Part shown: positions 8,701 through 18,408 of the stretch, piece by piece
How positions within the stretch are numbered: position 1 is the stretch's first letter
How the letters are laid out: each line of letters starts with the position of its first letter
From: Eubacteriales bacterium
Lineage (GTDB): Bacteria > Bacillota > Clostridia > Oscillospirales > CAG-272
Length of the DNA stretch: 64,000 nucleotides
Direction: 5' to 3'
Assembly (NCBI GenBank): GCA_045649645.1
Contig: JAZRQH010000172.1
Span: 32,214 to 96,213, forward strand
The notes under the pieces: model-generated
Told to the model about the DNA's origin: nothing
Seen by the model: only the letters and a program-made list of their open reading frames with translations
The model's database searches: none
Program-made: the position numbers and the translations under genes

Positions 8701-10348
8701 CTGCATTGTGTGCGATAATGATATCATCACCGCAGAAATCAAGGAACTGTTTTAAAGCAACATCGCATTTAGGCGCGTCCTTGACCATTTCGTCGGTAAT
8801 GCCTGTAAGCTCGGTGATTTCCTCGGGTATATGTACCTCGGGATTAACAAAGGTGTTAAACTCATCGATAACCTGACCGTTTTTGATCTTGACAGCACCG
8901 ATCTCTGTTATCTTATTATACATTGCTGACAGACCCGTGGTTTCAAGGTCAAATACTACAAATTCATCCTCAAGAGAAGCGGTCTTATCACCGTAGAGAG
9001 CTCTTGCGGTATCATCTACATAGTAGGCTTCCATACCGTAGATGATTTTTATATCCTTCTTTTCGGCGGCCAGCATAGCTTCAGGGAAGCCCTGAACGTT
9101 ACCGTGGTCGGTTATCGCTACAGCCTTGTGTCCCCAGCGTATAGCGGTCTCCACGAGCTCCACGGGCGGGATGGTAGCATCCATTGCCGACATATTTGTG
9201 TGACAGTGGAGCTCTACTCTCTTTTCCTCGGCTTTATCCTCGCGCAGTATCTGCTTTACGAGACAAGCATCCGAAAGGTTCAGAGTATATTCACCGTCAA
9301 AGCTGTCTGCCTTAACGTTACCGTATACGGCAAGACACGCAGAATAGAGCTCAACCTTGATGGTACCTCTCTTCTGCTTGTATTTAGATTTACTTATAGT
9401 TTTGATAAGTGGCTCAGCCGCCTCGTTTTCCATAACGGCCTTTACCGTAATTGAACCCTGCTCATCGGTAAGTCCGAAGGAAATGATCTGCTTGTCGTTC
9501 TTACGCGTAGACTTTGCTTCAAAGTTGACTACCTTACCGAGTGCAACGACACCTCTCATATTAGAGGTCATCAGTGAAATAGGAGTAGGAACGATATCAA
9601 AGGGCTCTTCGCTCATAAAGAACTGAGGGTCGCTTATATCGAATATAAGATTACCGCTCCTTATATAACCCTCGGGTGTAGATTCGATTATGAAATCCTT
9701 ATCCTCTACAGAGTTAACGTAGTCAACGGGCTCCTTTGCAATCTCCTCCTTCAGAGCATCCTTTGCCTGCTGAGATATTATACGGTCTCTTTCCCGTTCT
9801 ATCTCACCGACGTAGTAGGACAGCTCCTCGAACTGAGCCTGATTGTAGGAATCATAGTCAAAGGTAGAGTTCTCGTCCCTTGTAATGCCTACGTTATAGT
9901 TAAGTCCAAACTCGGAACGAATAATATCCTCGATCCTTCTGGGCGTGTCGGCACTGTAAAGAAGCTCGATTCCGCCGTTGGTAAAGGAGAGATAAACGGT
10001 TATCCTGTTACCGTCAACTGTATATGTATATTCATTAAAGAAGCCTCTGGAAACGTCAGCGCTTCTGGAAGCCTCCTTAAGTATCTCACTTATATAATCA
10101 TCATAAAACAAAGAAGAGTCGTACTTGGGACATATACGCATAAGGCGAAGATCATAGGCCTTTGCAATCTCTTCTTCGATTTTATAGAGAATATCTTTTT
10201 TAACAATGTTTTCAAATCTTACGTCTACCTCAAGCATGCGCTTCTCAACGTCGGCTCGCCGCGCCAGTATTTCGCAGCCGCTTAACAGCGAAGCAGCCAA
10301 TTCCGTAGGCTCGTATTTTGAAAACACCTCTAAAAACGTCTTAGCCAA
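5768..10348 (-). CDS. polC: DNA polymerase III alpha subunit, Gram-positive PolC type (PHP + inserted DEDDh exonuclease + polymerase core)
   Basis: 1526 aa. Contains the PHP motif VELHCHTNMSAMD, the exonuclease motif FVVFDLETTGL...AHNAVFD, the zinc module CPDC...CPKCG, and the palm/fingers region. Confidence 0.97.
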   Translation of the reverse strand: MAKTFLEVFSKYEPTELAASLLSGCEILARRADVEKRMLEVDVRFENIVKKDILYKIEEEIAKAYDLRLMRICPKYDSSLFYDDYISEILKEASRSADVSRGFFNEYTYTVDGNRITVYLSFTNGGIELLYSADTPRRIEDIIRSEFGLNYNVGITRDENSTFDYDSYNQAQFEELSYYVGEIERERDRIISQQAKDALKEEIAKEPVDYVNSVEDKDFIIESTPEGYIRSGNLIFDISDPQFFMSEEPFDIVPTPISLMTSNMRGVVALGKVVNFEAKSTRKNDKQIISFGLTDEQGSITVKAVMENEAAEPLIKTISKSKYKQKRGTIKVELYSACLAVYGNVKADSFDGEYTLNLSDACLVKQILREDKAEEKRVELHCHTNMSAMDATIPPVELVETAIRWGHKAVAITDHGNVQGFPEAMLAAEKKDIKIIYGMEAYYVDDTARALYGDKTASLEDEFVVFDLETTGLSAMYNKITEIGAVKIKNGQVIDEFNTFVNPEVHIPEEITELTGITDEMVKDAPKCDVALKQFLDFCGDDIIIAHNAVFDTSFIRAAAKEYKIPFENTYLDTVALSRYVNPELNKHTLDTLQRYYKLPDFSHHRACDDAAMLAKIFFCMCEKLKLEGIFDFEAMVRIMADKADPKKLRSHHMIILVKNLVGLKNLYYLISQSYLDYYYRHPRIPKTLLEEHREGLIIGSACEAGELYTAIKQNKSRDELLKIADFYDYLEIQPLCNNMFLVNEGSVPDVEALKDINKLIIDLGDELGKPTVATCDAHFLEKHHEIYRKVLLKSMKFSDADKDTGIYLRTTDEMLEEFSYLGEEKAYEVVVTNTNKIADMVESIRAIPEGTYTPEMEGAEEDLQRICWERAKTMYGDPLPEIVSERLDRELTSIIKNGFAVLYMIAQKLVWYSEEQGYLVGSRGSVGSSFVATMAGISEVNPLVPHYRCPDCLYSEFFTDGSIGSGYDLPDKVCPKCGKKMIGDGHDIPFETFLGFYGDKSPDIDLNFSGDVQGKVHKYTEELFGSENVFRAGTLSALAEKTAYGFVKKYAEEKQIPLNRSEIERLKTGCVGVKRTTGQHPGGIIVVPRQYDVYDFTPVQHPADDANSDIITTHFAFSYLHDTILKLDELGHDMPTKYKRLEEYSGLSVMDVPMNDKKVMSLFLNTEALGVTPDDIGAEVGTYGLPEFGTRFVQQVIVATQPKSFSDLLQLSGLTHGTAVWLGNGDELIANGTCTISELIGTRDSIMTYLIYQGVEKSMAFKIMEDVRKGKGLKPEYEEAMRAQNVPDWYIGSCKKIQYMFPKAHAAAYVTSAIRLAWFKVYHPVVFYAAFFTVAPSGFDADIVSGGLSNVSFTLKDIEERKRKKMAEKKEEDMIPFLQLVNEAMARGIEFLPVDLYKSHAFKFLPEGDKGIRMPFNSLPGLGDTAAQNIMDVCADKDLLSIEDLRSRAGLSKTVIEILRRSGVFKGLSQTNQVSLIDDNKPAVPQKESELDKQRRELMEQSEANSIQKNDVVDYADDDSQISMF

Positions 10349-10361
10349 TTTAATTGCCTTT

Positions 10362-11429
10362 CTACATCTTGTTTATCTCGTCAATCAGAGCAGATATAAG
10401 CCCTTCCTCAGGCAGCTTTTTGATGACCTCGCCCTTCTTTATAAGCAACGCTTCACCCTTGCCGCCGGCTATACCAATGTCAGCTTCTCTTGCCTCTCCC
10501 GGTCCGTTTACCGCACAGCCCATAATTGCTACCTTGAGCTTTTTGTTGGTCTTTATCTCAGTGGTCATACGGCTCTCAAACTCATCAACCAGACCGATCA
10601 TATCAATTTGTGTACGTCCGCAGGTGGGACAGGAAACTATCTCAATACCGCTTTTTTCGCGAACGCCTGCGGCTTCAAGTATTTTGATTCCCCAGTCTAT
10701 TTCGTAGAGAGGGTCAGCCGTAAGAGAAACACGGACGGTGTCACCGATACCTTGAGTCAGAAGTCCCCCGATACCAACGGCAGATTTCATAACTCCCATA
10801 CGCATACTGCCTGCCTCCGTAACACCCAGATGCAAAGGATAATCGCACATCTCGGATACACGCTTGTTTGCGGCAACCATCATTGCGGGATCGGATGATT
10901 TAATAGCAAGAACTATATCGTTAAAATCAAATCTTTCAAGAATAGCCGCGTGTTTAAGTACGCTTTCTGCCAAAGCATCAGCAGTAACGCGACCGTGCTT
11001 AGCAAGTATATCCTTGTCAAGAGAGCCTGAGTTTACACCGACTCTTATAGGCATATTATGCTTACGGCAGGCTTCAACTACAGCCTTAATATTATCGTCA
11101 GAGCCTATATTACCGGGGTTTATCCTGATTTTATCAGCACCGGCATCGCATGATGCGACAGCAAGCTTATAATCAAAATGAATATCTGCCACAAGAGGTA
11201 TGGTTATTCCCTTCTCTTTCAGATAGCTGAACACTCCGACGGCATCTTTGTTCGGAACAGCCATACGTATGATATCGCATCCGCGCTCCTCAAGAGTCTT
11301 GACTTGACGGTAAGTTGCTTCAAAGTCGCATGTGTCAGTGTTTGTCATCGACTGTACACTTACAGGTGTATCACCGCCAATATATCTGTTTCCGATTTTA
11401 ATTTTTCTTGAAATTCTTTTCATAATCAA
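10362..11429 (-). CDS. ispG: 4-hydroxy-3-methylbut-2-en-1-yl diphosphate synthase
   Basis: Typical GcpE sequence (IGGDTPVSVQSMTNT, SCPTCGRT, MGCAVNGPGEA). TTG start. Confidence 0.95.
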   Translation of the reverse strand: MIMKRISRKIKIGNRYIGGDTPVSVQSMTNTDTCDFEATYRQVKTLEERGCDIIRMAVPNKDAVGVFSYLKEKGITIPLVADIHFDYKLAVASCDAGADKIRINPGNIGSDDNIKAVVEACRKHNMPIRVGVNSGSLDKDILAKHGRVTADALAESVLKHAAILERFDFNDIVLAIKSSDPAMMVAANKRVSEMCDYPLHLGVTEAGSMRMGVMKSAVGIGGLLTQGIGDTVRVSLTADPLYEIDWGIKILEAAGVREKSGIEIVSCPTCGRTQIDMIGLVDEFESRMTTEIKTNKKLKVAIMGCAVNGPGEAREADIGIAGGKGEALLIKKGEVIKKLPEEGLISALIDEINKM

Positions 11430-12454
11430 CCTGTAATCAATTTAATAATGTCCTTGTAGGTTACTGCCACCATCAGCGCCATAAGCAATACGATTCCTGC
11501 AAAATGGACCATTCCTTCGTATTTAGGCGGGATGGGCTTTCTGCGTACAAGCTCTATTAACTGGAAGAACAATCTTCCGCCGTCAAGAGCAGGCAGGGGT
11601 AAAAGATTAAACACGCCTAAGTTCATAGCAAGAACCGCCGACAGGTACATCAGACTGCCTATTCCCTGCTTTGCCGCATCACCTATGGTAGTAGTTACGC
11701 CAACAGGTCCGGACATGGCTTCAAAGCCATATTTTCCCGTAATAAGATCCATAAGTGATTCCCATATCATCTTTACGGTAAGAGTTGAAGCGTGCCACGT
11801 ATGTCTGAGGATATTCAAAGGAGTCTTATCCTCTCTTGCAACAAGAAAATCTATAACTCCAAAGGTAACGCCCTCGTTTACCTCTTCACCGAAATTAACG
11901 TTACTGAGGGTAATTTTCTCACCGTTTCTCAATACGGTTACGTGCACGGGGTCGGCACCGACGTGGCCTATCTCGTAAACGACGTTTCTCCAGGTAGGTG
12001 TTTTATCGTTGCCTATAGCAATTATCTCATCACCAACCTGCAAGCCGTAATCGCAGGAAACCGCGTTTTCGCTGAATTCCGCAACGACCGTCGAGCCTAT
12101 AGCAGGAGACGTTATTATAACTGCAAATATAAGAATAACGCCGGTAATTACGTTAAACACCGATCCTGCGGCACAGATTATCATTCTCTGCCATACCGGC
12201 TTGTTGCAAAGGGCGTCGGGGGACTCGGAATCCTCATCCTCTCCGATCATCGACACGAAGCCACCTATAGGCAGAAGACGGAAAGAGTAACGTATACCTG
12301 TTTTCTTCGATACCCTTGAATACACCTTGGGGCCCATTCCAACGGCAAATTCCTTTATTGCAACGTGAAAAAGTCTTGCAAACAGGTAATGGCCCAATTC
12401 ATGCAACAGAGTTAACAGACAAAAAACAAGTAATGCTATTATAATATAAATAAT
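11426..12454 (-). CDS. rseP: RIP site-2 metalloprotease (M50, RseP/YluC type) with PDZ domain; 5' end extended beyond the listed ORF
   Basis: Has the HELGHY zinc motif, a PDZ-like middle region, and LLPLPALDGG in the C-terminal TM helix. The listed TTG start would put HExxH at residue 2. The frame stays open to 12463, and ATT codons follow an AAGGAG. Confidence 0.85.
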   Translation of the reverse strand: MIYIIIALLVFCLLTLLHELGHYLFARLFHVAIKEFAVGMGPKVYSRVSKKTGIRYSFRLLPIGGFVSMIGEDEDSESPDALCNKPVWQRMIICAAGSVFNVITGVILIFAVIITSPAIGSTVVAEFSENAVSCDYGLQVGDEIIAIGNDKTPTWRNVVYEIGHVGADPVHVTVLRNGEKITLSNVNFGEEVNEGVTFGVIDFLVAREDKTPLNILRHTWHASTLTVKMIWESLMDLITGKYGFEAMSGPVGVTTTIGDAAKQGIGSLMYLSAVLAMNLGVFNLLPLPALDGGRLFFQLIELVRRKPIPPKYEGMVHFAGIVLLMALMVAVTYKDIIKLITG

Positions 12455-12455
12455 A

Positions 12456-13616
12456 TCAGCTCCTTAAAAGCTCATCTACAAGCTCACGGCTTATGATATC
12501 AGTTTCTTCGATATCGGTGATCGTGGGCTCTTCTATATATTTTATCTTATCTACAGCTGTGCATACCAGATCCATAATATCGGTAAAGGATATCTTTTTA
12601 TCCAGGAACAGAGCAACCGCTCTCTCGTTTGCACCGTTAAGTGCAGCTCCGATGTTTCCGCCTCTGTCAAGCACATCGTAAGCAAGCTTAAGAAGCTTGA
12701 AGGTTTCCATATCAGGTCTCTTAAAGGTGAGAGATCCGATATCGGCGAGATCAAGAGGCTTAAGAGTGCCTGTACAACGGTTGGGATATGACAGCGCATA
12801 CTGAACGCAGAGTCGCATATCGGGACAGCTGAGCTGTGCTATAACTGCTCTATCAATATATTCTACCATAGAATGAACTATGCTCTCGGGATGAACTATG
12901 ACCTCTATCTTTTCGGCAGGCATATCAAAAAGATACCTTGCTTCAATAACCTCAAAGCCTTTATTCATAAGAGTTGCGCTGTCGATGGTAATTTTAGGTC
13001 CCATCTTCCAGGTCGGGTGAGCGAGCGCCATCTCGGGAGTAATACCCGCAAGCTCCTCACGGGTCTTCCCATAGAAAGGACCTCCTGAGGCTGTTAATAT
13101 AACCTTATTGATATCCTCGTGACGACTATCGCCTATACACTGGAAAATAGCACTGTGCTCGCTGTCAACGGGAAGTATCTTAACGTTCATCTCAGCGGCT
13201 TTTTTGTTTACTATTTCACCTGCACAGACAATAGTTTCTTTATTGGCTAAAGCAAGAGACGTACCTGCTTCGATTGCGGCAAGCGAAGGGCGGAGCCCTG
13301 CCTTTCCCGTGATGGAATTAATAACCGAATCACTGACACCCTTGCCCGCAAGCTCTACGATAGATTCGTACCCTGAAACTATTTTACAGTCGGTGTCTGC
13401 GACCTTAACGGCAAGCTCTTTTGCTTTGCTTTCGTCAAGGACAGCACATACAGAGGGCGAAAACTCTCTTATCTGTTGTTCCAGTATATCTATACGTGTA
13501 GCGCCGGAAATGGCATCAACCTTTAAATTCTGTGAGCGTGCAACGTCAAGCGCTTGCGTTCCTACAGAGCCCGTCGAGCCTAAGACGGTTATGGATTTTT
13601 CGTATATTGCCTTCAA
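12456..13616 (-). CDS. dxr: 1-deoxy-D-xylulose 5-phosphate reductoisomerase
   Basis: NADPH loop ITVLGSTGSVGTQ, plus LANKE and DSEHSAIFQC motifs. Confidence 0.95.
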   Translation of the reverse strand: MKAIYEKSITVLGSTGSVGTQALDVARSQNLKVDAISGATRIDILEQQIREFSPSVCAVLDESKAKELAVKVADTDCKIVSGYESIVELAGKGVSDSVINSITGKAGLRPSLAAIEAGTSLALANKETIVCAGEIVNKKAAEMNVKILPVDSEHSAIFQCIGDSRHEDINKVILTASGGPFYGKTREELAGITPEMALAHPTWKMGPKITIDSATLMNKGFEVIEARYLFDMPAEKIEVIVHPESIVHSMVEYIDRAVIAQLSCPDMRLCVQYALSYPNRCTGTLKPLDLADIGSLTFKRPDMETFKLLKLAYDVLDRGGNIGAALNGANERAVALFLDKKISFTDIMDLVCTAVDKIKYIEEPTITDIEETDIISRELVDELLRS

Positions 13617-13628
13617 AGTAATTACCTC

Positions 13629-14462
13629 TTAAAGAATATTCTGTGCGATATAAGGAATATTGAGAAGAACGTACATAACCGAAGCGGTGGCGATGATAGA
13701 GTCGAATCTATCCATTATCCCGCCGTGTCCGGGTATAAGCTTACTGTAGTCTTTGAGGTCATACTGACGCTTAACAAGAGATGCCACAAGGTCACCGCAC
13801 ATAGATACGATCGCGAGAGTAAGACCCATACAGCCGAGTAATATATAGTTGGGGGTAAGATCGTAGAGGTTCTGCATTATTGCACCGTAAACTACAAACG
13901 CAACGATGCCAAACACCAAGCCACCTATCGCTCCCTCAACCGTCTTTTTGGGGCTGACGTCGGGAATAAGCTTATGCTTTCCGAAAAGAACACCCGTAAA
14001 GTATGCACCTGTATCGGGTATCCACGCGCTGATGAATATCAGCAGGAAAAGATATTGCCCCTTATCCGCGCCTCTGATGGCGAGTATAGAGCTGAATCCG
14101 AAGATTATATAGAATATAAGTACGAAGGCTGTGGCAACGTCCTGCACCTTATATTTGCCGTGAGAGAACACCGCGATCCCGAGTAATAAAAACAGGAATA
14201 CGATAAATACGAGAAGGATAAGCTCGGACAAGGATACGCCGGTATCTAAAGCTCTTACGCACATAGGAACAAAAGCTCCCAATAAAAGAGAGGGTGCAGA
14301 TATTCCCAATGTCTTTTTCATTTTAATACATCCGAGCATCTCAAAGCACGCCATTACACACAATACAGTGATCACTGCATCAAAAAGAAAGGTATGCGAG
14401 AGAAAGAGACAGGGTATGAATATAGCCAACATAACGACTGCGCTTATAACTCTGACTAACAT
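13629..14462 (-). CDS. cdsA: Phosphatidate cytidylyltransferase
   Basis: Polytopic membrane protein with the CDS signature SxxKRxxxxKDxxxxxPGHGGxxDRxD (SLVKRQYDLKDYSKLIPGHGGIMDRFDS). Confidence 0.9.
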   Translation of the reverse strand: MLVRVISAVVMLAIFIPCLFLSHTFLFDAVITVLCVMACFEMLGCIKMKKTLGISAPSLLLGAFVPMCVRALDTGVSLSELILLVFIVFLFLLLGIAVFSHGKYKVQDVATAFVLIFYIIFGFSSILAIRGADKGQYLFLLIFISAWIPDTGAYFTGVLFGKHKLIPDVSPKKTVEGAIGGLVFGIVAFVVYGAIMQNLYDLTPNYILLGCMGLTLAIVSMCGDLVASLVKRQYDLKDYSKLIPGHGGIMDRFDSIIATASVMYVLLNIPYIAQNIL

Positions 14463-14464
14463 AA

Positions 14465-15190
14465 TTAAAGTCCTCCGTATCTGCGTTGTCTGGAATAGAA
14501 GTCTGCAACCGCCTTGTCGATATCCTCGGGCTTAAGGTCGGGCCACAGAACGTCTGTAAAATAAAATTCTGAATACGCGCTCTGCCACAGTAAGAAATTT
14601 GAAAGCCTCTGCTCTCCTGCTGTGCGGAATATCAGATCCGGCATGGCTACGTGATTTGTGTAGAGGTTTGATTCTATATCATATGCAGTGATCTCGCTCT
14701 TGCCTTTTTTTAAAGCAAGATTAACAGCGTTTACGATCTCGTCCTGACCGCCGTAATTTATGGCGATATTGAGATGTCTGGTGTTATCCTTTGAGCCCTC
14801 CTCTACCTCTGCCATAAGCTTTTTCATCTTATCAGACAGAGGCGTCTTGTCACCGATAAATCGGATGCATACATCCTTTTTCATCATTACCTCAAGAGCT
14901 TCGTATATGTAATCCATAAAAAGATCCATAAGAGCGTTGACCTCAGCGGCAGGTCGCTTCCAGTTTTCAGTGGAAAAGGCGTATACCGTTACGGTATTGA
15001 TGCCTATCTCGCCGCAATAATCGGTAATCATCTTGAAGGTCTTTGCACCCTGAGTGTGACCGTATTCGCGGGGCATAGCTCTCTTCTTTGCCCATCTGCC
15101 GTTTCCGCCCATGATAAAGGCGATGTGCTGAAGTCTTTCGTCGCATATGATCTTCTCGGTACTGTTCTTCTTTTTAAATAAGTTTAACAT
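14465..15190 (-). CDS. uppS: Undecaprenyl (isoprenyl) diphosphate synthase
   Basis: HIAFIMGGNGRWA, FSTENWKRP and RTAGEQRLSNFLLWQ motifs. Start set at ATG 15190, which has GGAG 5 nt upstream. Confidence 0.93.
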   Translation of the reverse strand: MLNLFKKKNSTEKIICDERLQHIAFIMGGNGRWAKKRAMPREYGHTQGAKTFKMITDYCGEIGINTVTVYAFSTENWKRPAAEVNALMDLFMDYIYEALEVMMKKDVCIRFIGDKTPLSDKMKKLMAEVEEGSKDNTRHLNIAINYGGQDEIVNAVNLALKKGKSEITAYDIESNLYTNHVAMPDLIFRTAGEQRLSNFLLWQSAYSEFYFTDVLWPDLKPEDIDKAVADFYSRQRRYGGL

Positions 15191-15214
15191 AAAAACTCCG
15201 TATATATTCACAAA

Positions 15215-15234
15215 TCACGCCCTTGAAGGCGTGA
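15215..15234 (-). terminator. Hairpin between frr and uppS (weak terminator/attenuator)
   Basis: TCACGCC-N6-GGCGTGA. On the minus strand it is followed by TTTGTG. Confidence 0.4.
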
Positions 15235-15247
15235 CTGTGAAAAATAT

Positions 15248-15802
15248 TTAAATAGACATGATTTCCTTGTTCTTTGCTTCAGCTACACTGTCAAGGATCT
15301 TGGAATACTTATCTGTAAGATCCTGAATAGCCTTTTCGGAAGCCTTCTGCTCGTCTTCTGTCATCTCGCTGTTCTTCTTCATATCCTTTGCCTTGTCGTT
15401 GGCATCGCGACGGATATTTCTGATAGCAACCTTAGCATCCTCGGCCATCTTTGCAACGTCCTTGGTAAGCTGCTTTCTCTTCTCCTCTGTGGGCTGAGGG
15501 AACGCAAGTCTGATCACCTTACCGTCACTAACGGGGTTAATGCCGAGATCAGAAGCCTGAATTGCCTTCTCGATCATCTTAACGGTAGAAGCATCCCAAG
15601 GGGTAATTGTAAGAGTCATAGCGTCGGTTGCTTTTACTGCGGCGATAGCGTTGATCGCTGTAGGAGAGCCGTAATAGTCTACGTTAATTCTGTCAAGAAC
15701 GGAAGCGTTTGCTCTGCCTGCACGGATCGTAGCAAGCTCTGTTTCAAAAGCGGAGACGCTCTTTTTCATTTTTTCTTCATAAGGCTTAACGTCAAGTTTC
15801 AT
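15248..15802 (-). CDS. frr: Ribosome recycling factor
   Basis: 184 aa with typical RRF sequence (LATIRAGRANASVLD, IRNIRRDAND). Confidence 0.95.
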   Translation of the reverse strand: MKLDVKPYEEKMKKSVSAFETELATIRAGRANASVLDRINVDYYGSPTAINAIAAVKATDAMTLTITPWDASTVKMIEKAIQASDLGINPVSDGKVIRLAFPQPTEEKRKQLTKDVAKMAEDAKVAIRNIRRDANDKAKDMKKNSEMTEDEQKASEKAIQDLTDKYSKILDSVAEAKNKEIMSI

Positions 15803-15803
15803 T

Positions 15804-16520
15804 TTATTTACCTACCTTTACTATAGTTCCGATATTTTCGCCCATAATGGCTTTTTTAATATTTTCTGATTTATCAAGACCGAACACGAACAGAGGCATA
15901 TTATACTCCATACAGAAGCTTGCGGCTGTCGTATCGATAACACGCAGACCCTTGGAGAGTATATCCTGATAGGTGATCTCGTCGTATCTTACGGCTGTAG
16001 GATCAACCTTGGGATCGGCAGAATAGATGCCGTCGATGTTCTTAGCCATAAGGATAACATCTGCACCGATTTCAACGGCTCTGTGTGCCGCCGTAGTATC
16101 TGTTGAAAACAGAGGCATACCGAGACCGCATCCGAATATAACGACTCTTCCCTTCTTAAGATGCTTTACAGCATCTCTGTACGTATAGGTTTCAGCAAAC
16201 GCCTTCATTTCAACGGCAGTAAGTACTCTGGCGTCAACTCCGTGCTGCTCAAGAGCATCCTGAAGCGCCAGTGAATTGATGGTTGTAGCGAGCATACCCA
16301 TATGGTCAGCTCTGCTGCGGTTCATACCGCCGCCCTGTCTGCCGCGCCAAATATTGCCTGCACCAACAACAAGTGCAACCTCACAGCCAAGGTCAACGCA
16401 TTCTTTGATTGTACCGCATACCTCAGAAACATAATCAAAATTGAGTATATCCTCGGAGCCTGCAGCAAGCGCCTCTCCGGATAACTTCAAAAGTACTCTT
16501 TTGTACGCCGGTTTATTCAT
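15804..16520 (-). CDS. pyrH: UMP kinase
   Basis: YKRVLLKLSGEAL and VVGAGNIWRG motifs, 238 aa. Confidence 0.95.
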   Translation of the reverse strand: MNKPAYKRVLLKLSGEALAAGSEDILNFDYVSEVCGTIKECVDLGCEVALVVGAGNIWRGRQGGGMNRSRADHMGMLATTINSLALQDALEQHGVDARVLTAVEMKAFAETYTYRDAVKHLKKGRVVIFGCGLGMPLFSTDTTAAHRAVEIGADVILMAKNIDGIYSADPKVDPTAVRYDEITYQDILSKGLRVIDTTAASFCMEYNMPLFVFGLDKSENIKKAIMGENIGTIVKVGK

Positions 16521-16646
16521 AGTCAGATACCTCCGGACAAAATAATTATTATTACATATATTCTACTATAAATCTTCCCTTTTGTAAATACGTAAATGAA
16601 AAGTTTATATATATTTTATAATTATTCCGCGCTCGCATAAAACAAT

Positions 16647-16670
16647 AAAGCCACCCTTTCGGATGGCTTT
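16647..16670 (-). terminator. Terminator after tsf
   Basis: AAAGCCACCC-TTTC-GGATGGCTTT with one mismatch. On the minus strand it is followed by ATTGTTTTAT. Confidence 0.6.
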
Positions 16671-16683
16671 AATAATTGTTATA

Positions 16684-17613
16684 TTACTTAAGCATAGAAG
16701 CAATTTCTTCAGCGAAATTGTCCTCTCTCTTTTCAAGGCCTTCGCCCTTCTCGTAACGGAAGAATGCCTTGAGCTTGAGGGAACCGCCCATTTCCTTAGC
16801 AGCTGCATCAAGGTACTGAGTAACGCTCATGTCCTCATCCTTAACGTATGCCTGCTCAGCGAGACAGTTGGTCTCATAATACTTGTTGATACGGCCGATA
16901 ACCATCTTTTCCTTGATAGCGTCAGGCTTGTTAGCGTTCTTAGGATCGTTGGAGATCTGAGCGAGAAGGATCTTCTTCTCCTCTTCAAGTACGCTTGCGG
17001 GAACGTCCTCGCGGTTGGTGTAGAGACAGTTCATAGCAGCAGCCTGCATACCGATGTTCTTACCAACCTCTGCGAACTTCTCGTTGTTAGCAACAGCCTC
17101 ATCGGCATCAAAGCTGATAACGATACCGGTTGCGCCTGCACCGTGGATGTAGGTACCTACAGGACCCTCAACAACAACGAAACGGCGGATAGTGATCTTC
17201 TCACCGATAACGAATGTCTGATTCTTAACCTCTGCCTCAACGGTTACGTCGGAACCGTCAAGTGTGCAAGCAAGAAGAGCCTCAACGTCTGCGGGCTTGT
17301 TCTTAAGGATAGTCTTAAGAACAGACTTAACGAATTCCTTGAAGCCATCGTTCTTTGCAACGAAGTCAGTCTCGGTGTTAACCTCGATCATAGCGGTAAG
17401 ACCGCACTCCTTGCAGGAAAGAATGTCAACAAGACCTTCTGCAGCGATTCTGCTCTGCTTAGCGTCAGCTTTAGCAAGACCCTTCTCACGAAGAACCTTA
17501 ACAGCCTCGTCGAAGTTACCGTCAGCCTCAACGAGAGCCTTCTTACAATCCATCATACCGCAGCCTGTCTGAGCTCTCAGAGCAGCTACGTCCTTTGCTG
17601 TAATAGCAGCCAT
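16684..17613 (-). CDS. tsf: Translation elongation factor Ts
   Basis: The UBA-like N-terminus MAAITAKDVAALRAQTGCGMMDCKKALVEADGNFDEAVKVLREKG is diagnostic. Confidence 0.96.
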   Translation of the reverse strand: MAAITAKDVAALRAQTGCGMMDCKKALVEADGNFDEAVKVLREKGLAKADAKQSRIAAEGLVDILSCKECGLTAMIEVNTETDFVAKNDGFKEFVKSVLKTILKNKPADVEALLACTLDGSDVTVEAEVKNQTFVIGEKITIRRFVVVEGPVGTYIHGAGATGIVISFDADEAVANNEKFAEVGKNIGMQAAAMNCLYTNREDVPASVLEEEKKILLAQISNDPKNANKPDAIKEKMVIGRINKYYETNCLAEQAYVKDEDMSVTQYLDAAAKEMGGSLKLKAFFRYEKGEGLEKREDNFAEEIASMLK

Positions 17614-17676
17614 TTTTATATCCTCCTGTAATTTGGTAAATTCTTGGTTTATAAAATTCTGTTAAGTGTAGTCTGA

Positions 17677-18408
17677 TTACTCAGCGTCTGCCTCAACTGC
17701 AGCGTCTTCCTCAGCAGCGAAAGCCTCGCCCTGCTTGCCCTCGATCATAGCGTCAGCAAGTACGGAAGAAATGAGCTTGATGGCGCGGATAGCGTCGTCG
17801 TTACCGGGGATAACGTAATCAGCGTCATCGGGATCACAGTTGGTGTCGATGATAGCTACAACGGGAATACCGAGCTTCTTAGCTTCAAGAACTGCGTTTC
17901 TCTCCTTGCGGGGGTCAACGATGAAGATTGCATCGGGAAGACCGGGCATTTCCTTGATACCGCCGTAGTTCTTCTCGAGATCTGCCTTCTCCTTCATAAG
18001 CTTTGCAGCTTCCTTCTTGGTGAGAAGGTCAAGAGTGCCGTCCTCGGCCATCTTGGTGAGGTCATTGAGACGAGCGATGCTCTTCTTAATGGTCTTGTAG
18101 TTGGTGAGCATACCGCCGGGCCATCTCTCGTTTACATAGTACATACCGCATCTGGTAGCTTCTTCCTTGATGGCGTCAGCTGCCTGCTTCTTTGTACCAA
18201 CGAAGAGCATGTTACCGCCCTGTGTGGAAAGGTCGCGAACGAACATGTAAGCTTCCTCGAACTTCTTAACAGTCTTCTGAAGGTCGATGATGTAGATGCC
18301 GTTTCTCTCGGTGAAGATGTACTCTGCCATCTTGGGGTTCCATCTTCTTGTGTGATGTCCGAAATGGACGCCTGCTTCAAGCAGCTGCTTAATAGTAATT
18401 ACTGACAT
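17677..18408 (-). CDS. rpsB: 30S ribosomal protein S2
   Basis: [27 protein letters not shown] is a canonical S2 N-terminus. AAGGAGG Shine-Dalgarno. Confidence 0.97.
   Translation of the reverse strand: MSVITIKQLLEAGVHFGHHTRRWNPKMAEYIFTERNGIYIIDLQKTVKKFEEAYMFVRDLSTQGGNMLFVGTKKQAADAIKEEATRCGMYYVNERWPGGMLTNYKTIKKSIARLNDLTKMAEDGTLDLLTKKEAAKLMKEKADLEKNYGGIKEMPGLPDAIFIVDPRKERNAVLEAKKLGIPVVAIIDTNCDPDDADYVIPGNDDAIRAIKLISSVLADAMIEGKQGEAFAAEEDAAVEADAE

Noticed and set aside
10206-10898. 230-aa plus-strand ORF bridging the polC start and ispG
   Set aside because: It spans an intergenic gap and two unrelated minus-strand genes in antisense, and has no coding signature of its own.
16663-17631. 322-aa ORF on the plus strand covering the whole of tsf in antisense
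   Set aside because: This is a shadow ORF. tsf is unambiguous on the minus strand, and its strong codon bias removes stop codons from the antisense frame. The translation is low-complexity (L/S/V/N-rich) with no RBS or motif.
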